This document shows positions 1 through 8,133 of a stretch of DNA of 64,000 bases, piece by piece. This DNA comes from an uncultured Flavobacteriales bacterium. GTDB taxonomy: Bacteria > Bacteroidota > Bacteroidia > Flavobacteriales > Schleiferiaceae. The position numbers were made by a program, and so were the translations under genes. The stretch spans positions 287 to 64,286 of the forward strand of contig CALKDS010000045.1 in NCBI GenBank assembly GCA_938084135.1, written 5' to 3'. The notes beneath the pieces are model-generated. The model made no database searches and had not been told where the DNA came from. It saw nothing but the letters and a program-made list of their open reading frames with translations. Position 1 is the stretch's first letter. Every line of letters begins with the position of its first letter.

Positions 1-1774
1 CTGGAAAGGCATCCTCATTTATCCCTTCATTAACTATTGAATCTATTGACTCTATCAGTTTGGCGTTCAAGCCAGTTGAAGAAAATGAATATTTACTTTT
101 TTCAGGATTAAGATTAATTCCAGAAACGGGGATAAATCCGGGAAAACTCTTTTTAACAGGTTGTAGAACAACTTTCTTAATTATTCCCAAAGCATTATTT
201 TCTCCTTCATAACCGATAATCACTGCATCGAAAATTTTTGTTATTTCTTTTGTGAAATCAATTGAATTTGAACTTCGAATCAATCCATAAGGATTTGCCA
301 TTTGAATGAGTCCTACTTTGAATCCTTTTGCCTTGAATTCCGCAGCATCCTTCATTAAATCGATACCAATCCTTCCATTCTTCCAGGGACTATTAGTTTT
401 TTCTATATTTATAAACCAAATAGTACCATTTCCATCTATTTGACCCAGACCGATTTCATGATCAGAAAAAATATCTTTAGAACCTGAGAGGTTATTTGAA
501 TTTTTATAATAGCTTTTAAAATAAACTTTTGAATTACTGTTTGAATCTAGCAATCCCAAATTATCGTACACTAACGTATTTGCACCTGAATAAATCGCTT
601 TTGTTAGCTTTTTTCTGGCTTTTTTAATCCTTGCGAAGTCTTCATTATTTATTTTGTGGTGATCACTTAATAAATACTTAAACTTTGATTCAAGTATTCT
701 TATGACATGACCTTCTATTTCCTCTCGACTAAGACGCCCGCTTTTAACTGCATATGTAATGGCATCAATTGCAGATTTAGGGTCTGAAACAAAAAGCAAA
801 ATATCATTACCAGCCTCAATGGCCCTTACTTCAATTTCTCCAGGAGCCATGTCTTGAGATATACCTTTCATATTAAGGGCATCAGTAAAAATTAGCCCTT
901 TAAAATTCAAGCTATCTCTCAACCAATGAGTGACTATAGGCTTCGAGAGTGATGCCGGTGTACCTGACGAATCAAGAGCTGGAATATTCAAATGGGCAAC
1001 CATAATCGCAGATACCCCTGAGTTCACTGCATTTAGAAAAGGAGCCATTTCTCTATTCCGAAGCGTCTGAAGATCATGACTCAATGTTGGCAATGTCTTA
1101 TGACTATCAGTTTCAGTGTCACCATGGCCAGGGAAATGCTTTACGCAAGCCATTATACCTTGACTCTGAATGCCCCAAATCTGCTGGGTAGATAAATTAT
1201 TGACATTAAATAAATCAGACCCTAATGAACGTTGTCCTATAATTGGATTTCTTGAGTTTGTATTTAAATCAACTACAGGACTAAAGTTTACATTAATTCC
1301 AAGATAACTAGACTCCGCTCCAAGGGACTTACCATATTCATTTGCCAATTTATTATTTCTTGTTGCACCTAAGGTCAACGGCCAAGGGAGACGATCCAAA
1401 GAGTCTAATCGCATAGCTGCTCCCCATTCCGCATCTTGAGCCATTAGCAGATTTATCCCATTGTTTTTTTGAGAAACATCTTGAAGTTCTCTAATCATAT
1501 TTCTCTGTTTATTTGGTGAACCTTGCATCCAAATCAACCCTCCAACTTGACCCTTCTTGACCCATTTTTTCAACATAGAAAAATGATTGTCACCTAAATT
1601 ACTGTAACCAGAAACCATAATCATTTGACCGCACAACTTCTCTAAAGGCATCGACTTCACTATCAGCGAAAGTGATGTTTCAGATTTATAATTCAAATCA
1701 TTATCAGCCTGGATCGGTGTTGAGATAAAAAAAGTAAAAAGAAGAATTAATGTTAATAGCAGGTAGCGCAGCAT
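1..1774 (-). CDS. Glycoside hydrolase family 3 (NagZ-like beta-N-acetylhexosaminidase) domain protein, probably the GH3 + serine-hydrolase (beta-lactamase-like) fusion; 3' end cut by window edge
   Basis: Absent from the ORF track because it runs off the window. Own translation of the minus strand from ATG at 1774 gives MLRYLLLTLILLFTFFISTPIQA (signal peptide), GGLIWMQG, KHFPGHGDTETDSHKTLP (GH3 signature region), IMVAHLNIPALD and FKGLIFTDALNMKG. The frame stays open to nt 2 and ends ...NEGINEDAFP. Confidence 0.8.
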   Translation of the reverse strand, partial: MLRYLLLTLILLFTFFISTPIQADNDLNYKSETSLSLIVKSMPLEKLCGQMIMVSGYSNLGDNHFSMLKKWVKKGQVGGLIWMQGSPNKQRNMIRELQDVSQKNNGINLLMAQDAEWGAAMRLDSLDRLPWPLTLGATRNNKLANEYGKSLGAESSYLGINVNFSPVVDLNTNSRNPIIGQRSLGSDLFNVNNLSTQQIWGIQSQGIMACVKHFPGHGDTETDSHKTLPTLSHDLQTLRNREMAPFLNAVNSGVSAIMVAHLNIPALDSSGTPASLSKPIVTHWLRDSLNFKGLIFTDALNMKGISQDMAPGEIEVRAIEAGNDILLFVSDPKSAIDAITYAVKSGRLSREEIEGHVIRILESKFKYLLSDHHKINNEDFARIKKARKKLTKAIYSGANTLVYDNLGLLDSNSNSKVYFKSYYKNSNNLSGSKDIFSDHEIGLGQIDGNGTIWFINIEKTNSPWKNGRIGIDLMKDAAEFKAKGFKVGLIQMANPYGLIRSSNSIDFTKEITKIFDAVIIGYEGENNALGIIKKVVLQPVKKSFPGFIPVSGINLNPEKSKYSFSSTGLNAKLIESIDSIVNEGINEDAFP

Positions 1775-1801
1775 AATCGAAATGTACCTCAAAAAAGGCT
1801 T

Positions 1802-1809
1802 TACCTTTG
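1802..1809 (+). promoter_or_regulatory. Bacteroidota-type -7 promoter box (TAnnTTTG): TACCTTTG
   Basis: Exact match to TAnnTTTG, 7 nt upstream of the ATG at 1817. Confidence 0.35.
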
Positions 1810-1816
1810 GCGTATA

Positions 1817-2122
1817 ATGGGATTATTTTTCTCTTTTTCTAAACAACGCAAACCGAAGGGTTTTCAATTGCAACATCGTTATTATGATGAAAGAAAATTG
1901 CGCTTACAAAAAATAGAAAATAAAAGCGTTGAGATTAATGAACAAAGACGTAATAAAATTCGACAAGCCTGGAAAGAAAAAAGAAAAAATGTGAAGTATG
2001 AAAAAAACAAGAGATTATTAATTATCCTAACTGCAATAATTACCCTGTGTTTAGCATTTAAACTACTACCAGCCGTAATTGTTGAATATGCTGCCGGTTA
2101 CGGCAAGAGCATTCTAAAATGA
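1817..2122 (+). CDS. Hypothetical small Lys/Arg-rich protein with one C-terminal transmembrane helix
   Basis: ORF track. Charged N-terminal half (KQRKPKG...KEKRKNVKYEKNKR) followed by a hydrophobic helix LLIILTAIITLCLAFKLLPAVIV. A -7-like box lies just upstream. No family recognised. Confidence 0.45.
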   Translation: MGLFFSFSKQRKPKGFQLQHRYYDERKLRLQKIENKSVEINEQRRNKIRQAWKEKRKNVKYEKNKRLLIILTAIITLCLAFKLLPAVIVEYAAGYGKSILK

Positions 2123-2158
2123 CGAATGCAATATCTTAATTACTCCACAACTAAATTC

Positions 2159-3913
2159 ATGAAAAAAATATCAATACTCCCTGAACATGTTGCGAACCAA
2201 ATTGCTGCCGGAGAAGTAGTACAGAGGCCTGCGTCTGTTGTCAAAGAATTAATGGAAAACTCGCTAGATTCTGGAGCTTCAGAGATAAAAGTGAATATAA
2301 TTAATGCTGGGAAGACAAGTATTCAAATCATTGACAATGGGGATGGAATTGAAAAAGATCAGATAAAACTAGCTTTCATTCGGCACGCCACCTCTAAATT
2401 AAATACTGCAGATGATCTATTTTCCTTAAACACCATGGGTTTCAGAGGAGAAGCCCTTGCTTCTATTTGCGCAATTTCCCAGGTTAATTTAAAAAGTAGA
2501 ACTGCCGATTCTCAAGAAACCTATGAAATCACTTTAGATGAAAATAAAGAGGGGGACATTATAAACAGTGTTGGCTCAGTTGGCACTACAATCACAGTGA
2601 AAAATTTATTTTATAATGTCCCTGCCCGAAGGCAATTTTTAAAATCCGAACCCATAGAATTTAGACATATTAATGAGGCATTCACAAGAATCGTACTTGC
2701 TAACCCCAAAATCAAATTCACTCTCAAACACAATAATAAAGAAGAAGCTCAATTTGAATCCGAAAATTTAAGACAAAGAATTTCACATGTCTTAGGAAAA
2801 AAAATAAACGAAAGTCTCGTTCCAGTTGAAGAGTCAACCGAAGTAGTATCAATTGACGGATTTGTATTGAGGCCAAATAATGCGAAAAAATCAAAAGGGA
2901 ATCAATACTTATATGTTAATAAACGTCCGATAAAGAATAACTATCTCCATAAATCAATAATTGAAGCTTTTGAAGGTTTAGTTGCTCCAGGTATGCATCC
3001 ATTATATGTGTTAAAATTGACAGTTCCAGAGGATAAAGTTGATGTAAATGTCCACCCTTCAAAAACCGAAGTTCAATTTGAAGATGAGCGAACCATATAT
3101 AAGATTCTTTGCTCCGCAGTTAAACGCTCTCTTGGGATTCATCACATTGCCCCACCCATAGATTTCGAAAACAATCTTGATCAACATATATCAGCGCAGA
3201 GCAGCAAGGCACTTTCAGCTCCCAAAATAAAAGTTAATTCGAACTTCAATCCTTTCAATTTTGAAAGTCAAAAAAGTGAAACCGAAACAGATATTTTTTT
3301 TCAGTCAAATGATAAATCTGAACAAAAACCGATTGAATTTTCCAGCTCATGGGATGAAGGTGAGTCTAAATCTGAATCAGATAAAACCTCCTTCTTTTTA
3401 CCTCCTAATTATATAATTACCAATTTAAAGACTAGCCTCGTAATCATAAATATAAAAAGAGCTAAAAAGCGAATTTTATTCGATCAACTGATTTCTACTC
3501 TTAACGGGGATAATCAATTAAGCGGACAATCCTGGGTATTTCCTGAAAAAATTGAATTGATTTACAACAATAATATTCAGATTTGGAATACGCAATTAAA
3601 AAAAATGGGGTTTCATTGGGAAAAGCAAGAAAACGAATTTATATTCACTGCAGGACCTCTATTTTTGAATCAATCCGAATCTATTAGTTGGCTTGAAACA
3701 GTCATTCAACAAGATCCTAATGATGACTTATACCATGATTTAGTAATCTCTTGGCTTTCAAATTCTGAGAATAAGTATTCTGCGATGATTGATTCCAATA
3801 TCACGGATATAGTAGATGCTCTGTTTCAATGCAACAACCCATGGACAGATCCCTATGATAACCTTATTACACAGATTTTAGACTCAAAAGCAATATTCGA
3901 AAAATTTAATTAA
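2159..3913 (+). CDS. mutL: DNA mismatch repair protein MutL
   Basis: ORF 2126..3913. GHKL ATPase motifs are present: QIAAGEVVQRPASVVKELMENSLDSGA, IDNGDGI, GFRGEALASI. The ATG at 2159 (MKKISILPEHVANQIAAGEVV) fits canonical MutL N-termini better than 2126. C-terminal dimerisation domain present (see finding). Confidence 0.9.
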   Translation: MKKISILPEHVANQIAAGEVVQRPASVVKELMENSLDSGASEIKVNIINAGKTSIQIIDNGDGIEKDQIKLAFIRHATSKLNTADDLFSLNTMGFRGEALASICAISQVNLKSRTADSQETYEITLDENKEGDIINSVGSVGTTITVKNLFYNVPARRQFLKSEPIEFRHINEAFTRIVLANPKIKFTLKHNNKEEAQFESENLRQRISHVLGKKINESLVPVEESTEVVSIDGFVLRPNNAKKSKGNQYLYVNKRPIKNNYLHKSIIEAFEGLVAPGMHPLYVLKLTVPEDKVDVNVHPSKTEVQFEDERTIYKILCSAVKRSLGIHHIAPPIDFENNLDQHISAQSSKALSAPKIKVNSNFNPFNFESQKSETETDIFFQSNDKSEQKPIEFSSSWDEGESKSESDKTSFFLPPNYIITNLKTSLVIINIKRAKKRILFDQLISTLNGDNQLSGQSWVFPEKIELIYNNNIQIWNTQLKKMGFHWEKQENEFIFTAGPLFLNQSESISWLETVIQQDPNDDLYHDLVISWLSNSENKYSAMIDSNITDIVDALFQCNNPWTDPYDNLITQILDSKAIFEKFN

Positions 3914-3914
3914 T

Positions 3915-4601
3915 ATGAACTTCAGACCCCAATCATTTTCCTTCTTACCGCCAATAATAAAGAATCTTCTCATAATTAATGGACTGGCTTTTTTTGCTGC
4001 TATTATATTTCAGAGAATGGGTATTAATTTATTAGGGCTCTTGGGTTTGTACATTCCGCAATCCGATTTCTTTCAACCCTATCAGCTAGTTACGCATTTG
4101 TTCTTTCATGATATTTCTGGTTTTAATCATATTCTTGGTAATATGTTTGCGCTTTGGATGTTTGGGACTCCGCTAGAAAACCTTTGGGGGTCAAGACGCT
4201 TCCTCATATTCTATTTTATAACTGGATTTGGAGCTGCCTCAATCCATCTCGGTGTAAATATCTTCGAATATTATAGTTACCTAAATTCTTACGATATTTT
4301 AGGCATTGATAGTTATGCTATTAATGCTCGAAGATTACTTTTGACTCCTACTGTAGGGGCTTCAGGTGCTGTTTTTGGATTACTCTTAGGTTATGGAATG
4401 ACTTATCCCAATCAAAGGATTTATTTGTATTTTTTGATGCCTATAAAGGCTAAATATTTCGTGGCATTTTACGGTTTATTCGAGTTGTTTAGTGGTTTTG
4501 CTAGGAGCGATAGCAATATTGCTCATTTTGCCCATATTGGGGGTATGATTTTCGGTTTCCTTCTAATCAAGTATTGGAAAGGAAAACAAAGACGTTTTTA
4601 A
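3915..4601 (+). CDS. Rhomboid family intramembrane serine protease
   Basis: Multi-TM protein with HxxxN (NHILGN), catalytic GASGAVFG and AHIGGM motifs. Confidence 0.85.
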   Translation: MNFRPQSFSFLPPIIKNLLIINGLAFFAAIIFQRMGINLLGLLGLYIPQSDFFQPYQLVTHLFFHDISGFNHILGNMFALWMFGTPLENLWGSRRFLIFYFITGFGAASIHLGVNIFEYYSYLNSYDILGIDSYAINARRLLLTPTVGASGAVFGLLLGYGMTYPNQRIYLYFLMPIKAKYFVAFYGLFELFSGFARSDSNIAHFAHIGGMIFGFLLIKYWKGKQRRF

Positions 4602-4604
4602 ATA

Positions 4605-5405
4605 ATGATAGATCAATTAAGAAATTGGCTCAAAGAATCCATCATAAATAAATGGATTGGAATACTAACTTTTTGCTTTGGAATTCAAAGCATACTTGAA
4701 GTTGTAGGATGGTCATTGAATATACCTTTTGAACAAGGGATTATCAATCTGTTTGGTCTAAAAAATGAATTGAGTTGGAAAATTCATAGTCTATTTACTT
4801 ATGGACTTATTCATAATGGATTTTTTCATTTCATTTTCAATATTTTTACTTTATTCTTTTCGGCTCAAATGCTTCAAACATTTTGGCGACCTAAACAGGT
4901 GATTCATCTTTTCATATTTGGGATAATATCGGGTGGTGTACATTTTCTATTAGGAACAATTCTACTTGGCAAACCTGGCATTGTAGTTGGTGCATCTGCT
5001 GGAGTCTTTTCACTTTTATTTGCGGCAACACGGTTTTCACCAAATATGCCAGTATATCTATTTGGCTTCTTTCGAATACCACTATGGTTAATTTCTTCAG
5101 GTTTACTTCTTTTGTCAATAGCAGGTCTTAATAGTTCTAATTCTGGTGGGGAATGGGCCCATATTGGTGGAGGGATTTTAGGATTAATACTGGCAAAAAG
5201 ACCAGACTTTGTATATGAATTGAACTCTAGTTTTAAGTCAATTTTGAAAACAAAATCAAAAATTCATATCGATCGAAACAAGCCCGAAACAAGTATTGAT
5301 CGAGGCCAACATCTGAATTTTATTCTAGATAAAATAGGAAAAGTAGGTTATGAAAAACTCACTGCCAAAGAAAAAATATTCTTAAAAAAATATGGTGAGA
5401 AATAG
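4605..5405 (+). CDS. Rhomboid family intramembrane serine protease (second paralog, with soluble C-terminal extension)
   Basis: FHFIFN (HxxxN), GASAGVFS (GxSxG) and WAHIGGG motifs, plus a ~70-aa charged tail. Confidence 0.8.
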   Translation: MIDQLRNWLKESIINKWIGILTFCFGIQSILEVVGWSLNIPFEQGIINLFGLKNELSWKIHSLFTYGLIHNGFFHFIFNIFTLFFSAQMLQTFWRPKQVIHLFIFGIISGGVHFLLGTILLGKPGIVVGASAGVFSLLFAATRFSPNMPVYLFGFFRIPLWLISSGLLLLSIAGLNSSNSGGEWAHIGGGILGLILAKRPDFVYELNSSFKSILKTKSKIHIDRNKPETSIDRGQHLNFILDKIGKVGYEKLTAKEKIFLKKYGEK

Positions 5406-6471
5406 ATCATTTAAAAATATGCTTTGGAGTATTTGGCTAATACCCCATTGGTTTATTCTCCCATTTACGATATTATCTGCTTTGGGATTTTATTTTTCAC
5501 CAAATCCGATCCCATTTATATCACCATTTGCATTGGCATTTCCTATTTTTTTCATTTGGCATTTATTTTGGACTCTTATTTCTGTGTTAAGACTTAGACC
5601 TGCAGCCATTTTCGGCATTATTCTGACAACATTAATATATCCTCAGTTCAAAGGCATAATCAGTTATCATAAAACCGATAAAAAAGAAAATAAAGTTTTT
5701 AAAATAGTAAGTTGGAATGTTCATCACTGGAAAAATATGAATTGGAGTGACTTAGAGCTCACCGAGACTAAAATGGGTAATTGGATTTTAAACGCAGACC
5801 CAGACATATTATGCATACAAGAAAATAATTCTAAAGGGGCTTCAAAAATGCTAAAAAATAGTTTTCCGTATTATGTGACAGGAAAATATAAAATGCTATC
5901 TATTTATTCAAAGTATCCAGTTTTACAATGGGATTTTGAACCTTATTCATCTGAATATCCGGGTCATAAAGGGTTTATTTGGGCAGATATTGAAATAAGT
6001 GATCCTGAGGGTAATATTGACACCTTAAGAATGACAAATATTCATCTAGTAACAACCACTTTTGATAAAAACGAGGCGATAAATAGAAATGAAAAATTAG
6101 ATATTTCAAAATCTATATACAAAAGTTTTTTAAGCCTCACGAAAACTGCAAAAAAAAGAAGTCAGCAACTAGATCAAATATTAGAATGGAAAAAACATTC
6201 TATTCATCCAGTTTTTCTGTCTGGAGATTTTAATGAAATCCCAACATCTAATGCATATTTCAGAGTAACTCAAAATATGAAAGATGCATTTTCCAGTGCA
6301 GGAAGTGGTCTGGGCTCAACCTACACAAATCTTTGGGGATTTCCACTTAGAATTGACTGGGTCATATGTCCCAGTGAAATGAATATTCACTCAGCAAAAA
6401 CATTAGAGCAGGAATGGAGTGACCACAACCCTATAATTGTTGAGATTAGCCCTTTTAAATTGGACAATTAA
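5392..6471 (+). CDS. Endonuclease/exonuclease/phosphatase (EEP) family protein with N-terminal membrane anchor
   Basis: About 3 N-terminal TM helices, then EEP motifs: VSWNVHHW, ILCIQE, LSGDFNE, WSDHNPI. Confidence 0.75.
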   Translation: MVRNRSFKNMLWSIWLIPHWFILPFTILSALGFYFSPNPIPFISPFALAFPIFFIWHLFWTLISVLRLRPAAIFGIILTTLIYPQFKGIISYHKTDKKENKVFKIVSWNVHHWKNMNWSDLELTETKMGNWILNADPDILCIQENNSKGASKMLKNSFPYYVTGKYKMLSIYSKYPVLQWDFEPYSSEYPGHKGFIWADIEISDPEGNIDTLRMTNIHLVTTTFDKNEAINRNEKLDISKSIYKSFLSLTKTAKKRSQQLDQILEWKKHSIHPVFLSGDFNEIPTSNAYFRVTQNMKDAFSSAGSGLGSTYTNLWGFPLRIDWVICPSEMNIHSAKTLEQEWSDHNPIIVEISPFKLDN

Positions 6472-8093
6472 TTCGATGATTTTCTCGTGCGTCGTAAATC
6501 GAGCCAGTTCATAGGATGAGTAGGTAATCCTCTCCATTCTTTTCTAAGAACACGAATACTTTCATCATAAATCAATGGTATTAATCGGGACTCGTCATGG
6601 AGCTGCTTATCTGCCAACTGAAATGAATTAACCCTAATTGAATCTGAGATCCCAAATTTGCCTAAACTAACTAGAGAGTCAAAACTTTCATTTTTAAACT
6701 GAGATGAATTCGGGCCATAAGGTGCTGATCTTTTACTTTCATAAAGCATTAAATAGTTCTCAGCATTAGGATAATCCGCTATCCAACTAGCCCTATAAAC
6801 GGCGAGCCTCCCTTTCGATTTATCATCCCTAAATGAAGCCGCAGGCATAACATTTACTTCCACAGGAATTCCAATATTTCCCCATGCATTCTGCAAATAT
6901 TCGCATAAATCGCGATATCCTGAAGTTGTTGATAAAACTATAGGGTCCAATATAGAATCACTTAATTCACATGCTAAACCTGCCTGAGTTAATAAACTAA
7001 TTGCTGTATCCAGATCATACCGAAAAGGGTTAAGCCAATCAGACTCTTTTCTATGTCCAATTAAGCCAATAGGAATAACTCCACCATATGCAGGCTTACC
7101 TATTCCGTTTTTTAAATAACGAATCATACTAGTTCTATCAATAGACAAATTCAATGCTCTCCTAACTCTTAAATCAGCTAAATATGAAGGACTTGGGTTT
7201 GTGCTGCGGATTCCAATAAATTCGGTGTTCAAAAAAGGTGCTCGATAGAGATTGTATTCATGAACCCAACGCTCTTTAAGTTGACCGTTTTTTGTAAATA
7301 ATTGGTCCTTATATGATGCGTCTATTCCTGTCAGGAAATCTAAATTACCTTTTACAAATTCTAAAAATGCTGCTTGCCTATCAGGAATAAATCTAATTGA
7401 CACAGCTTCAAGGTAAGGTAGTGAAATGCCCGAATCATCAAATTGATAAAAGAAATTATTTCGACGTAAAACAAGCTTATCGCTGCGTCTCCAGTTTTTT
7501 AAAAAAAATGGTCCAGTACCAACTGGGTTTGAAGAAAATTCTTTTCCGTAATATTCAATAGCCTCAAACGGAACAATTCCGCAGTAAGGCATACTGATCT
7601 TTGAGAGAAAAGAGGGGTCAGCAGAATTTAATGTTACAATTACATGAAACAGTCCATTGGATTCTACATTCTTAACATTCTCAAGAACCCAAGAGCCAGG
7701 TGATCCTGTCATTGGGTTCATTAATCGTTCATATGAATAAACAACGTCATTTGCATTTAAGAATCTTTTTTCTCCATCGAAGCAGGGAGAATTATGAAAA
7801 ATAACATCTGATCTTAAAAAGAAATCATAAACTCGAGCAGTCTCATTAACTTCCCATGAAAGAGCAAGATTTGGTAATATTTGAAGTGAAGAATCCATAT
7901 CCACTAAAGTGCTAAATATTTGCCTCGTTATCCAATTGCTCGCTTGGTCTCTTGAAAATGCTGGGTCGAGAGATGAAATACCTCCTGCCTCGTTATAGCG
8001 AAAAACATCCCCAATTATCTTATTTCCTGGGTTCCCACAGGAAACAAAAATAATAATTGAAATAACTGAAGAAAAAAAAACCCCCTTAAACAT
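6468..8093 (-). CDS. ABC-transporter family-5 (peptide/nickel type) substrate-binding lipoprotein, orphan
   Basis: Signal peptide with lipobox-like FVSCGN. Overall SBP_bac_5-like sequence (GISSLDPA..., WEV..., YRASWIADYPNAENYL). No permease or ATPase genes adjacent. Confidence 0.8.
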   Translation of the reverse strand: MFKGVFFSSVISIIIFVSCGNPGNKIIGDVFRYNEAGGISSLDPAFSRDQASNWITRQIFSTLVDMDSSLQILPNLALSWEVNETARVYDFFLRSDVIFHNSPCFDGEKRFLNANDVVYSYERLMNPMTGSPGSWVLENVKNVESNGLFHVIVTLNSADPSFLSKISMPYCGIVPFEAIEYYGKEFSSNPVGTGPFFLKNWRRSDKLVLRRNNFFYQFDDSGISLPYLEAVSIRFIPDRQAAFLEFVKGNLDFLTGIDASYKDQLFTKNGQLKERWVHEYNLYRAPFLNTEFIGIRSTNPSPSYLADLRVRRALNLSIDRTSMIRYLKNGIGKPAYGGVIPIGLIGHRKESDWLNPFRYDLDTAISLLTQAGLACELSDSILDPIVLSTTSGYRDLCEYLQNAWGNIGIPVEVNVMPAASFRDDKSKGRLAVYRASWIADYPNAENYLMLYESKRSAPYGPNSSQFKNESFDSLVSLGKFGISDSIRVNSFQLADKQLHDESRLIPLIYDESIRVLRKEWRGLPTHPMNWLDLRRTRKSSN

Positions 8094-8098
8094 AATAA

Positions 8099-8106
8099 CA
8101 AATATA
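8099..8106 (-). promoter_or_regulatory. -7 promoter box TATATTTG for the substrate-binding protein gene
   Basis: Exact TAnnTTTG on the minus strand, 5 nt upstream of the ATG at 8093. Confidence 0.35.
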
Positions 8107-8121
8107 GCCGATCAAAAGTCC

Positions 8122-8129
8122 TAAATTTG
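8122..8129 (+). promoter_or_regulatory. -7 promoter box TAAATTTG for mtaB
   Basis: Exact TAnnTTTG, 4 nt upstream of the ATG at 8134. Confidence 0.35.
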
Positions 8130-8133
8130 CCCA

